DNA from: a virus
Lineage: Duplodnaviria > Caudoviricetes
DNA length: 38,172 nt
Reading direction: 5' to 3' (one strand)
IMG/VR virus record: IMGVR_UViG_3300020045_003149
Span: 1-38,172 of that record
Made by a program: the position numbers and the translations under genes. The notes below the pieces were generated by a model. The model did no database searches. It worked only from the letters and a program-made list of their open reading frames with translations, and was not told where the DNA came from. Positions 19,051 to 27,406 of the stretch are shown here, piece by piece (position 1 is the first letter of the stretch; every line of letters starts with the position of its first letter).

Positions 19051-19405
19051 TACTCACCACAGATCTATTGTGATTATTAACAGAAGCGCCCCTTATTCCT
19101 AAATGAGAAGCCACATCATGTGTTCGTACACCATACTTTTTTGAAGCTAAGTGGCACGCTAATGGAACTTTCTTTCCATCCTTCACCATCTGGGATGCAA
19201 GAGAAACAGCATTACGCAATTCATCAGACATTTCTGTTTCTTCTTTTTTTTCTAAGTTACCAATCTCAGAATAAACCTGTTCAACAGGACATTTGTAATA
19301 GTTTGCTGAACGATTGCACGCTTGATGAACATCTTTTCCTTCTTGCATCATCTTTTCAGCAAATTTTACTGCTTTAAACATGATAGGGTCTTTAATCCAA
19401 GCCAT
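19043..19405 (-). CDS. Hypothetical protein with two tandem ~45-aa helical repeats
   Basis: AVKFAEKMMQEGKDVHQAC..SA.YY aligns with AVSLASQMVKDGKKVPLAC..ASKKY. Confidence 0.65.
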   Translation of the reverse strand: MAWIKDPIMFKAVKFAEKMMQEGKDVHQACNRSANYYKCPVEQVYSEIGNLEKKEETEMSDELRNAVSLASQMVKDGKKVPLACHLASKKYGVRTHDVASHLGIRGASVNNHNRSVVSNG

Positions 19406-19620
19406 TAATGATCACACTCGTTTGTTTTGGTATGTGGAGTAGGTCTCTCGTTACCTGGCCTAGGAAGGAAAGCCCCCCAGCCACTATTGTCACCTTTAGG
19501 TGTTAGATCTCTGTTTACTTCCCAATGATCCTTTGGCACTGCTGGACCGCTACCATGCTTGATAACATCCGCAGTCGTATTCTTTAGGTAGTCAGGATTG
19601 TGATTAACTTTCTTAGCCAT
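19405..19620 (-). CDS. Small hypothetical protein
   Basis: Probable start is the ATG at 19620 (MAKKVNH...); the stop overlaps the next start. Confidence 0.6.
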   Translation of the reverse strand: MAKKVNHNPDYLKNTTADVIKHGSGPAVPKDHWEVNRDLTPKGDNSGWGAFLPRPGNERPTPHTKTNECDH

Positions 19621-19635
19621 ATAATCTCTCAAAGT

Positions 19636-19757
19636 TAAAGATACGTCCCCCTTCGATTTAGTCTAGGTTGATGGGGGATAGACCTATCTTACAGACTGCG
19701 ATCAACCAGCCATTCAGCACTTTATCGCAAGTGACTAGCTAGCCCGTAAGGTGGGCC
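19636..19757 (-). ncRNA. Candidate structured RNA (several hairpins with loop-loop pairings)
   Basis: ORF-free gap with short stems and complementary loops; G-U wobbles favour the minus strand. Confidence 0.45.
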
Positions 19758-19763
19758 TTCCTA

Positions 19764-19964
19764 CTAATGCTCAGCTTTGTGCTTCTTGACGTAGTTGGCT
19801 AGTTTGTCAACACTTTCTTTGTACTCAGCAGCTTGATTCATTTCAGACGAGTACTTAAGATCTGCACATTCGACGTCTGCTACGTCTTTCTCCCAATGAC
19901 CTTGCCTAAACTCACCCAGGCCGCCACCTTTAGCATTGCCTTCTTTGTTGTTTTCGTATGCCAT
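19764..19964 (-). CDS. Small hypothetical protein downstream of the portal
   Basis: 66 aa with a GGGG RBS, 8 nt after the portal stop. Confidence 0.65.
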   Translation of the reverse strand: MAYENNKEGNAKGGGLGEFRQGHWEKDVADVECADLKYSSEMNQAAEYKESVDKLANYVKKHKAEH

Positions 19965-19972
19965 ATTTCCCC

Positions 19973-22009
19973 CTAGGCTGGTACAGCCGTGGTTTGTTGT
20001 GTTTGTTGATTGCTTAACTTGATATACTCAGCGAGCTCTAAATTTGCCCTAAGATTCTGTAAGTCCATATCCTCAAGCTCGATGAGTGTCTTGACCATCT
20101 CCATGTCAGCCTTAGATGATTTATACTCAGCATCTGCTTGAATGTCTTGAATAGATGCTATCCTTTCGCTAGCAGATGCCATCAGATCCTGTTCTCTAGC
20201 TATGTCAACTTTAGCCTTAGCGAACATAGACATTATTTTAGCGTTGTCCATCTTCTCTTGTTTCTGAGCTTCGGCTTGTTGCTGTTGCTGTTGCTGTTGA
20301 GCTTCCTCTTCCATGTCCTTAAGAACTTCATCTTTACCCGTAAGGAATGCCTTTTTGATGATCGTTTTGTTAGCGATCGGCATCCCAAGCTCTTTAAAGT
20401 GAAGTAGCTGCTGAAGCTCAAGTTGTCTTTGTGTTGTGGAATAGTTACCCTCTTCAACAGCGATAGAGTACTTAAGAGAATGTGAGCTAAAGAATCTCGG
20501 ATCGGCTTCGCGTCCAAGGATATTGCGCACTTTACCTTTGCTGAAGTTCTTCCTAATAGCTTGTAGCTGTATCTTCCCGAACAACCTTTGTGAATAGTCG
20601 AGTTTGTCAAACATAGTCTGTAACGTAGTAAGTCCAGCTCCCTGTCGTAACATGCTGAGAATACCAGACTTGTCATCTGTCGCTGAGCCCAGTAGCTCTT
20701 CATTAACACCTGATATCTTTGTTATGTCTTCTGCCAAGCTATTAGATAGCTCTATGAGAGATTGAGGTAAGGCGACAGGCTCAATGCGTTGGATCTCGTT
20801 AGGTAGGTGGCCAGCCTTTAAAGGTATAAGGAAGCCATCCCCTCCGCTTGTTTGCCTAAAAGCTTTCGGGTCTGTCACAGTATCTACAGGATAAATCCAG
20901 CCTGCGTTAAGAGAAGATTGCAAGAGCTGAAGCTCAATAACTTTGCGCATGTTGTAAAGAAATTGGCTGTCTCGAAGATTACGAATGACACCCTGCTTTC
21001 TCCATGCATAAGCTTGAATGTCTGGCTCGTAGTAGCACTGCACTGGCACAAATGGGTACTCGTCGATATTTAGCAGATTAGCACCGCTATAAACGATCTT
21101 ACCTGACAAAGCTATAGCCATCTTAACCGTGGGAACTTCCGATTTCTTAACGATCAACCATGGCTGCTGCTGCATTACCATCTGCATCATCTCTGGATCT
21201 TCATTCTCATCATCCTCCCATTCAGCGGCTTCACCTGAAATAGGGTCTAATATTATCTTGGCAGTCCTAGTAGTTCGATAGTAAAATTCATCGTATGTAA
21301 ATAAATTGTTGATAGCCACGTTCTGCAATTCAGCTTGAACAGGGAATCGTCCGTCCTTCATTCCCCCTGGCTTCATCCTATCTATTTCTTCTGCGTAGCC
21401 AGGTAGAAGAACCTTCGCCATCTCCTTGCTTGTCCAACGTCTTCGCCATATCCCATTGCAGTCGCTTAGGTCTTGCTTACGTGTGTATTGGTCTATCAAA
21501 TAATTATTATATGCAACGCAATCAGTAAAGAGATCGCCTGAAATTGGATCGAAAGTGTAATCGGGATAAAGATGAAGTAATGTTTCACCTGTGTCAACAC
21601 AACCCTCGAATGCTTGGGACAAGTACTCCTGAAATCCACTCCTATCATCAACCCACCTAAGAACCTTGTTATAGTCATCTGCCAATGGATCTGTGCCATC
21701 AGACACAGGCATTGTGATAGTGCTTTTGCGGTTCTTACGTTGAAAACCCACGATCATGTTGACATGTCGACGGATCAGGTTAAAGAAGAACTTTTGAACG
21801 TTAGATGAGTTTTGTCCATAGAATTGGCTGTAAAGCTGTTGGTCTCCAACTTTAAAACGCTTATCTATACTGCCCTGTAACCAGTATGTGGAGTTAAGGG
21901 TGTAATTGGAAGCGTAGAAGGCGTCCATCATCTGCTTTAAATCTTTAGCTTTAACATCCGAAGGATCCATATATCCCAGAGAGTATCCGCCAGATTCATA
22001 ACTTGCCAC
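19973..22009 (-). CDS. Portal protein (P22-like)
   Basis: 678 aa with FNLIRRHVNMIVGFQRKNR, YPFVP, GVIRNLRDSQ and ISGVNEELLG motifs and a C-terminal Gln-rich barrel helix. Confidence 0.88.
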   Translation of the reverse strand: MASYESGGYSLGYMDPSDVKAKDLKQMMDAFYASNYTLNSTYWLQGSIDKRFKVGDQQLYSQFYGQNSSNVQKFFFNLIRRHVNMIVGFQRKNRKSTITMPVSDGTDPLADDYNKVLRWVDDRSGFQEYLSQAFEGCVDTGETLLHLYPDYTFDPISGDLFTDCVAYNNYLIDQYTRKQDLSDCNGIWRRRWTSKEMAKVLLPGYAEEIDRMKPGGMKDGRFPVQAELQNVAINNLFTYDEFYYRTTRTAKIILDPISGEAAEWEDDENEDPEMMQMVMQQQPWLIVKKSEVPTVKMAIALSGKIVYSGANLLNIDEYPFVPVQCYYEPDIQAYAWRKQGVIRNLRDSQFLYNMRKVIELQLLQSSLNAGWIYPVDTVTDPKAFRQTSGGDGFLIPLKAGHLPNEIQRIEPVALPQSLIELSNSLAEDITKISGVNEELLGSATDDKSGILSMLRQGAGLTTLQTMFDKLDYSQRLFGKIQLQAIRKNFSKGKVRNILGREADPRFFSSHSLKYSIAVEEGNYSTTQRQLELQQLLHFKELGMPIANKTIIKKAFLTGKDEVLKDMEEEAQQQQQQQQAEAQKQEKMDNAKIMSMFAKAKVDIAREQDLMASASERIASIQDIQADAEYKSSKADMEMVKTLIELEDMDLQNLRANLELAEYIKLSNQQTQQTTAVPA

Positions 22010-22016
22010 AGAAGCC

Positions 22017-22697
22017 TCAGGGTTCTATAATTTTATAACCATACTCTTCAAGAAATCTCTTACACCATATTATCTTTTCTTCAAGTCTTTGTCCAGGGCA
22101 TTGACCTCTGTGCCAAAGTTCTAAGTTTTCTATCCTATTATCATCTCTTATTCCGTTGATATGATGGACGTTTTCTTTATCCTTTAGAGGTCTTCCAATG
22201 TGTTGGCTCATAATAAAGACATGCTCAGTCATGCAACCATTTTTATACGCATTTGGATGATCCTTTTTATGGATAACAATGTACCCCTGAGCATTTTTCC
22301 ACCTTCCAGTAGGTCTTCTTACTGGAGCATCTAGATCTGATCCTCTTTTCTTTCTAGAGTAATTCCTACTAGAAACTCTTCTCTTTTCTACAAGACTCTC
22401 ATTTTCTTTTTCTTTTTCCAATCTATTGCATTTTATACAAAGTTTTTTTGATTTATTTGTTATTATCAAACCAATCCTACCACATCCACAGCATGGAATT
22501 TCTCTACTCTTTTTATTTCTTTCATTACTTAAACAAGAATGGCATTTACTTCCACACCCTTTAAAAGATAATCCACATGATAAACAATTCTTTTCATTTA
22601 TTGTCTTAACCCACTGTTTTTGGTAACAATTTCTACAATAATCTTTATATGGAGTTTTTGAAACTTTAAGGCACTCTATACACTGACGATCCATCAC
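22017..22697 (-). CDS. HNH homing endonuclease with N-terminal CxxC repeats
   Basis: EHVFIMSQHIGRPL...ENVHHINGIRDDNRIENLELW; six N-terminal CxxC pairs; visibly AT-rich. Confidence 0.9.
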   Translation of the reverse strand: MMDRQCIECLKVSKTPYKDYCRNCYQKQWVKTINEKNCLSCGLSFKGCGSKCHSCLSNERNKKSREIPCCGCGRIGLIITNKSKKLCIKCNRLEKEKENESLVEKRRVSSRNYSRKKRGSDLDAPVRRPTGRWKNAQGYIVIHKKDHPNAYKNGCMTEHVFIMSQHIGRPLKDKENVHHINGIRDDNRIENLELWHRGQCPGQRLEEKIIWCKRFLEEYGYKIIEP

Positions 22698-22714
22698 ACC
22701 TCCAATTTCACTAG

Positions 22715-22744
22715 ATTATAACATTTTATCTATATAACCGTAAA
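22715..22744 (-). promoter_or_regulatory. Sigma70-type promoter of the HNH gene
   Basis: TTTACG-N18-TATAAT with an extended TGn motif, followed by a GGAGG RBS. Confidence 0.6.
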
Positions 22745-22779
22745 GGAAATAAATAGTTAAATTAATTTGTTGTCAGCTT

Positions 22780-24054
22780 TCAAAAGAAAGTTCCACCAGG
22801 ACCTAAAACATTTTCATCGTAACCGAACACCTGTCTCCTTAGCTGATCGTAACTGATATTCTCATCAGGGTGGCCAAACTCACCCCTAGGAAAGGCACTA
22901 CAGACAGCATAACGCAAGGCGTCGCATATATGGTCGTTCTTCTTCACAGGCTTGTCTTCACCCCTATCAGCTGCCTTCGAGTCCCAAGCATAGGATTGGA
23001 TCTGCTCGCGAAGTGTGGTGCAACTCTTATGGATCACGATGTTTTTTCCACCTATGAACTTAGAGCAGATCTTTATTCCTAAAAGAACGTCATTGTTCGC
23101 ATCTAAAACTGGTAGATCTGCCTGCCGAAGGGCAATCTTAAAAGAAGCTGCTGCGGGGTCGACATAGATTGCAGATACATTTTTGTAACCGATAAAGTCT
23201 TTGATATCTCTGACCAGTTCTTGATCCGTCTTTGAGCGCCCTTTCTTTGCAGAATCATAGTAATACTCTGCCTCAACCCTGATCTGTGGCCATGTGCGGG
23301 GGGACACAGCACATAGTACTGCAGCAGTTGCGTTCGTAGTGCCGTAGTCAATACCGCATATATAATAGTTGGGATTAGAATGCGGATTTTGGTACTCGTT
23401 ATCCTTGTCATAGCAGTCATAGATGGCACCGTGGGCAAGTGCCCATTCTCCGAGGATGTATCGGTTGTACCACATTCCCGTGTAAGAGGCTTTGAGCTGC
23501 TGTTTATAAGCTTCATCAAGAGTGGGGTTGTCCTCCAGGCTGAAGTTCCAGTGAACAAGATCTAGCTCAGGTTTGTCAATATAGTCTTTCTTAAGCCAAT
23601 GGGCTGGACCTTCAGGGTTGCATGTCGCTAGTAGCTTGGCCCCTGGCACTCGTAACCTTGACTCCAACATCTTCCAGAATGGTTCTGGCAAATTGGTAGC
23701 TTCGTCGACGTATGCTAATGCCAAAGTTGATCCCTGGATCGTCGACACCGCCGATACATCTGGAGCACCCACAAACCAAACGTTCCTCCCATATAGTTTG
23801 CTCATCTGTGCTTTTTCTGTAGGACATGGGAAACCTAGGCGATTATAAAGGTGTGTGAGTATGTTTCGTTGAATAGAGGTTCTGTTAACCCCTATGATCA
23901 TTGCCTCGCCCTGTGGGCCATTCTTCAGGTCTTCGATAAAGCGTTCTATGCTTGCAAAAGTCTTTCCGCTTGAAACAGCCCCCACCCAGATGTTAAACCT
24001 GTGGGTAGACTCAACGAATGATCTATTCTGTTTTGGACTTGTTGGCAAGCTCAC
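22780..24054 (-). CDS. terL: Terminase large subunit (PBSX-type)
   Basis: Walker A GAVSSGKT, Walker B YVDEA, TCNP coupling motif, nuclease motifs GIDYG and NDHICDALRY. Confidence 0.95.
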   Translation of the reverse strand: MSLPTSPKQNRSFVESTHRFNIWVGAVSSGKTFASIERFIEDLKNGPQGEAMIIGVNRTSIQRNILTHLYNRLGFPCPTEKAQMSKLYGRNVWFVGAPDVSAVSTIQGSTLALAYVDEATNLPEPFWKMLESRLRVPGAKLLATCNPEGPAHWLKKDYIDKPELDLVHWNFSLEDNPTLDEAYKQQLKASYTGMWYNRYILGEWALAHGAIYDCYDKDNEYQNPHSNPNYYICGIDYGTTNATAAVLCAVSPRTWPQIRVEAEYYYDSAKKGRSKTDQELVRDIKDFIGYKNVSAIYVDPAAASFKIALRQADLPVLDANNDVLLGIKICSKFIGGKNIVIHKSCTTLREQIQSYAWDSKAADRGEDKPVKKNDHICDALRYAVCSAFPRGEFGHPDENISYDQLRRQVFGYDENVLGPGGTFF

Positions 24055-24436
24055 CCTCCAACTCTGTTATCTTATGCTCTAGTCGCATGATTACGTGGCT
24101 CTGGTCAATGTTAGGTTGGTTAGCGGCAACAGTTTGGATGATATCAGGCTCTCTCATGCCTAATCTACAGCGTGCTAAGAAGATCAATAGGTTGCTATTG
24201 CCAGGCGCCTTGTTGTTTAAAGCTTTAGCGTGAATCATGGCTCTTAAATCAGCTAGGCCACCCTCTTTAGCTTCGGTTCGATAATTACGGAAAGCAATGC
24301 CATATTCTTTTTCAAATCTTTCATAGAATGTGGCACTTCTGATTCTAAGTTTAGCTGCAATTTCAACGCCACTACAGTCACACTCAATCAACTTTTCTAC
24401 ATATTCCCAATTTATGTCTTTAAGTTTTCCTGACAT
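24023..24436 (-). CDS. terS: Terminase small subunit
   Basis: N-terminal HTH (EIAAKLRIRSATFY), LLIFLARCRLGM motif, overlaps the terL start. Confidence 0.7.
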   Translation of the reverse strand: MSGKLKDINWEYVEKLIECDCSGVEIAAKLRIRSATFYERFEKEYGIAFRNYRTEAKEGGLADLRAMIHAKALNNKAPGNSNLLIFLARCRLGMREPDIIQTVAANQPNIDQSHVIMRLEHKITELEGELANKSKTE

Positions 24437-24510
24437 AGTGCTTGATTTTCATGGTTTACCTACATTTATGTGACTTTGGTATACCAAATATTTATTTTAA
24501 ACTCAATGTT

Positions 24511-24774
24511 TCACCACTCATGATCTTCGTCCAACTTCCTTACACATAGGGACAAGCCTGTGAAGTTGGCTTTAGATCCCATGTGCATCATAACGTTGTT
24601 ATATGCCCTGCTGGCGGCTTCCTCTGTGGAGTAGACGCCGATGAGTTCGTTGTACGTCTTAGAAAAGTAGAAAAGGACATAGACTTTGACATTTTTATCT
24701 TGGTTGTCCTCCTTGACTTCCCAGCACTTGCAATCAACCGCATGTTCACCACAGAAATAGCACTCACCGCTCAT
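24511..24774 (-). CDS. Hypothetical protein
   Basis: 87 aa with N-terminal C..C...H...C.C and a VYVL...IGVYSTEEAA motif common in small phage proteins. Confidence 0.6.
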   Translation of the reverse strand: MSGECYFCGEHAVDCKCWEVKEDNQDKNVKVYVLFYFSKTYNELIGVYSTEEAASRAYNNVMMHMGSKANFTGLSLCVRKLDEDHEW

Positions 24775-25277
24775 AAGTCAACAAATTTTGACCTTAAAAC
24801 TTTAAGCTTCTTCATGGAAGATTCTTCCGCCTCTCCATGACCACTTGCCTGATGATTATCTAAAGAAGATAAAAGAAAGTTAACCTCTTCGTAGGTGAAC
24901 AACATAAAAACGGTTTCTGGTCTTTGAATTTCTTTTGGTCTTTGAAGCGTTCCAGCCCCTTTTATCATGCTATCAGCCAATTCCTTATACTTTTCAGGGT
25001 GTCTACATTTATATTGAGGCATGTCAAGTATTTCACCGTCAATTGCCACTCTCATCTTTCCATTAAACCCTTCAGGGAAATCTAGTTCCATCCACATTTC
25101 TGGAAAACATAAGTTTAGGGCATGGTAGTGGTCAAAAAAAGGCATGGGAAGATAATGGTCTTCATACCTCACAACTACATATATATCTCCTTTGTGAAAT
25201 GCCAGTACTTTTTGCCCTATATCAGGAGGGTTTTCTTTGCAACTTTTCCATTTAAATGCTTCTGTTTTTTTATTCAT
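24771..25277 (-). CDS. DUF551-like hypothetical protein
   Basis: WKSCKENPPDIGQKVLAF...WMEL; likely start is MNKKTEAF with an AGGAG RBS. Confidence 0.55.
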   Translation of the reverse strand: MNKKTEAFKWKSCKENPPDIGQKVLAFHKGDIYVVVRYEDHYLPMPFFDHYHALNLCFPEMWMELDFPEGFNGKMRVAIDGEILDMPQYKCRHPEKYKELADSMIKGAGTLQRPKEIQRPETVFMLFTYEEVNFLLSSLDNHQASGHGEAEESSMKKLKVLRSKFVDL

Positions 25278-25551
25278 TTTCGTTTTCTCCTGTATTCCAT
25301 TCTTCTTGTGGTGTCTTAATTCTTTCAATAATGAACTTGGCTATGAATTCGTTTAAGTCTTTAACGCTTTTGATAGGAGGCTCTAGGTTATAGGATTGGA
25401 CAAAGAAGTCATGAAGCAATTGAGCTAAGACCTTCTTGTATTCCTCATGCTGTTCTAGTCTGGATTGTGTGGGTGTTTTGTTCATTATTATCTCTGTATC
25501 ATATACCTGGTAATGGATTAGGGTTTCCGTTAAAAGTCCACCATGCACCAC
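25270..25551 (-). CDS. Hypothetical protein
   Basis: ORF in the minus-strand run of small genes; start uncertain. Confidence 0.45.
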   Translation of the reverse strand: MVHGGLLTETLIHYQVYDTEIIMNKTPTQSRLEQHEEYKKVLAQLLHDFFVQSYNLEPPIKSVKDLNEFIAKFIIERIKTPQEEWNTGENENE

Positions 25552-25637
25552 AACAAAACACCCAGTTTGCGGAGCATTTTATGTAAACCTTATGCTGTCG
25601 TGAGCATAGTGGACAAGGCCAATAGAAGGAGGGGAAG

Positions 25638-25868
25638 TCATTCAACTGGAGTAAACTTGCAATCTCTAGTCCAACCTGGAGTTAATTTATCTGTTAACGG
25701 AATCTTTTTCATTGAGATTGAAGTGACTACCTTAATAGGGTCTCTCCAATCCAAATGATCAAAATCCAAAGTCCCATTGGCAAATCTTTCTTCAAAGACC
25801 CCTTGGTTCATGCACTCTATTTCTCTGATGAGAGCCTTTAACTTTGCTAGGAATTCTTTCTTATTCAA
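25638..25868 (-). CDS. Hypothetical protein
   Basis: 76 aa with GAGG upstream. Confidence 0.5.
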   Translation of the reverse strand: MNKKEFLAKLKALIREIECMNQGVFEERFANGTLDFDHLDWRDPIKVVTSISMKKIPLTDKLTPGWTRDCKFTPVE

Positions 25869-25887
25869 CTCTCATTCCTCATTAGTT

Positions 25888-25928
25888 AGTCCCACCACTG
25901 GTGGGACTGGGCAACAGCTTGTTGCCCA
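25888..25928. repeat. Two abutting perfect palindromes
   Basis: AGTCCCACCA-C-TGGTGGGACT (25888-25908) and TGGGCAACA-GCT-TGTTGCCCA (25908-25928). Confidence 0.85.
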
Positions 25929-25933
25929 ATCTA

Positions 25934-26500
25934 CTATTTTGAGTTTATGAGTTCAAGATATCTGTATAGACTAAATCTAGAAATTCCTAGGTCACGAGCT
26001 ATTTGGGATTTTGTAGCCCTAGTGCCCATAAGCTCTATTATCTTTTCCTTGAGTCCCTTGTTAAGCTTAGTTGGCTTACCCTTATACTTGCCAGCCCTTT
26101 GGGCTATTGCTATGCCTTCACGTTGTCGTTCTAAGATGAGCTCTCGTTCGAACTCGGCGACCGCCCCTATGATCACAAGAAGCAGACGAGAGATGGGGCT
26201 GTCGGTTCCAGTGAATGTCAGGTTCTCTTTCATAAACTGGATTTCGACTTTTTTCTTGGATAGTGTTTCAACTATGTCAAGTAAGTCCTTAACGTTTCTT
26301 GCCAAACGGTCCATAGAATGGACAATAATTCGATCATCTTCTCTGACATAGTCAAGCATAGCCTCCAAGTGAGGGCGTTGTGTGTTTTTTCCTGAAGCAT
26401 ACTCAACGAACTTTTTATCTAGTAACATTCCTTCGAGCTGTCGATCAGGATTTTGATCGACAGAGCTCACTCTAATGTAGCCTATTACCTTACCTTTCAC
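25934..26500 (-). CDS. tnpR: Serine resolvase (Tn21 TnpR-like)
   Basis: GYIRVSS.DQ catalytic motif, SMDRLAR, AEFERELILERQREG and a C-terminal HTH; 188 aa, too short for a serine integrase. Confidence 0.92.
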   Translation of the reverse strand: MKGKVIGYIRVSSVDQNPDRQLEGMLLDKKFVEYASGKNTQRPHLEAMLDYVREDDRIIVHSMDRLARNVKDLLDIVETLSKKKVEIQFMKENLTFTGTDSPISRLLLVIIGAVAEFERELILERQREGIAIAQRAGKYKGKPTKLNKGLKEKIIELMGTRATKSQIARDLGISRFSLYRYLELINSK

Positions 26501-26515
26501 TTTTCATCCTTGTAT

Positions 26516-26722
26516 CTACTTTTTAATTTTATTAAAAAAAAAATTAAAAGCCTCCTCCTCACTAAAATCTCCAAGTTTAAAAAAATGAATTAAGCAGTTA
26601 GCTAAACTAGATGTAATAATACTGGTAGGCGCTTCAATTTCTCCCAAAAACAACAACATTTTACTTGTTGTTCTTTTTGTATAATAAAAAATAATATTTT
26701 CATCAACTTCTTCTTTTTTCAT
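26516..26722 (-). CDS. Small hypothetical protein
   Basis: 68 aa, AT-rich, ATGA overlap with the upstream gene. Confidence 0.5.
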   Translation of the reverse strand: MKKEEVDENIIFYYTKRTTSKMLLFLGEIEAPTSIITSSLANCLIHFFKLGDFSEEEAFNFFFNKIKK

Positions 26723-26895
26723 TTCTTATTCCTCTCTTCAAGAGCACATAAACGACCGTGAAAATCCTTCATCTCTTGTTGAATGACTTCCATAAGTTGC
26801 CTGATAGCTCTATAGTCTGCGCGACTTTCTGTTCTAGCCCAAAGGAATAGGACTATGTTCGAACCTACTACCGCTAGAACTTGTGACCAGTCCAT
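26719..26895 (-). CDS. Small membrane-anchored coiled-coil protein (EMKDFHGRLC paralog 2), not in the ORF track
   Basis: Translated by hand: MDWSQVLAVVGSNIVLFLWARTESRADYRAIRQLMEVIQQEMKDFHGRLCALEERNKK (58 aa); AAGGAG RBS. Confidence 0.85.
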   Translation of the reverse strand: MDWSQVLAVVGSNIVLFLWARTESRADYRAIRQLMEVIQQEMKDFHGRLCALEERNKK

Positions 26896-27046
26896 TTTTG
26901 ATCTCCTTGTTTTGTACTTGATTTATTTTTCTCATTATAGAAATAAATTCTTTCATTTGAGATGAATGCTCTTTTTGTTGATCACAGTAAAAGTGTAAAG
27001 ACACTAAAGACAGCATAAACAATACTACAAATTGATAATCTTTCAT
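26834..27046 (-). CDS. Small membrane protein
   Basis: N-terminal hydrophobic helix; ATGA overlap with the upstream gene. Confidence 0.5.
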   Translation of the reverse strand: MKDYQFVVLFMLSLVSLHFYCDQQKEHSSQMKEFISIMRKINQVQNKEIKNGLVTSSSGSRFEHSPIPLG

Positions 27047-27261
27047 CTCTTATTTCTTTCCTCTATGGAGCATAAGCGACCATGGAAGTCTTTCATCTCT
27101 TCTCTGATCTCTCTCATAATTTGAAGTAGGTCTCGTCTGTCTGCAGAAGCTTCTGCTCTATTTAGGTCTATGTCAGACTTAAGCCATGAGAATAGGCCTA
27201 TGTTGCACGCTATTACTGAAATTACAGATCCTGCTGCTGTTAAAATAATTGTTGCATCCAC
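27043..27261 (-). CDS. Small membrane-anchored coiled-coil protein (EMKDFHGRLC paralog 1)
   Basis: Probable GTG start at 27261 (MDATIILTAAG...); transmembrane helix followed by EEMKDFHGRLCSIEERNKR. Confidence 0.8.
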   Translation of the reverse strand: MDATIILTAAGSVISVIACNIGLFSWLKSDIDLNRAEASADRRDLLQIMREIREEMKDFHGRLCSIEERNKR

Positions 27262-27289
27262 GATTACCCTAAGTTTGTTTTTTGTTGCT

Positions 27290-27406
27290 GTGTTGTTAGA
27301 AGAATACAGAAAGCCTGTCATTTTGTCAATATAGTAAAAATTCATTTAAAAGTGACAGTTATTAGAAAGTTGTTAGAGGTGTCGTAGGGAGTACCCTATT
27401 GTGACA
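27290..27406. promoter_or_regulatory. res-like resolvase site with embedded promoter
   Basis: Site I-like TGTCGTAGGGAGTACCCTATTGTGACA (27380-27406), 22-bp spacer, 34-bp TGTCA...TGACA site (27324-27357); minus-strand TTGACA-N17-TATTCT. Confidence 0.65.

Noticed and set aside
19636-19757. Known self-cleaving ribozyme or tRNA
   Set aside because: No hammerhead CUGAUGA/GAAA core and no tRNA T-loop or cloverleaf is visible; kept only as an unknown structured-RNA candidate.
25886-25936. TAG readthrough or alternative genetic code after tnpR
   Set aside because: All long genes are intact in code 11 and many end in TAG at sensible positions.
25934-26500. Serine recombinase as an integrase or tail-fibre invertase
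   Set aside because: It lacks the large recombinase and zinc-ribbon domains, lies far from the fibre genes, and I saw no inverted fibre cassette.
27262-27345. N-terminal extension of the 100-aa ORF
   Set aside because: It overlaps the res-like site and promoter; the paralog's length supports the GTG start at 27261.
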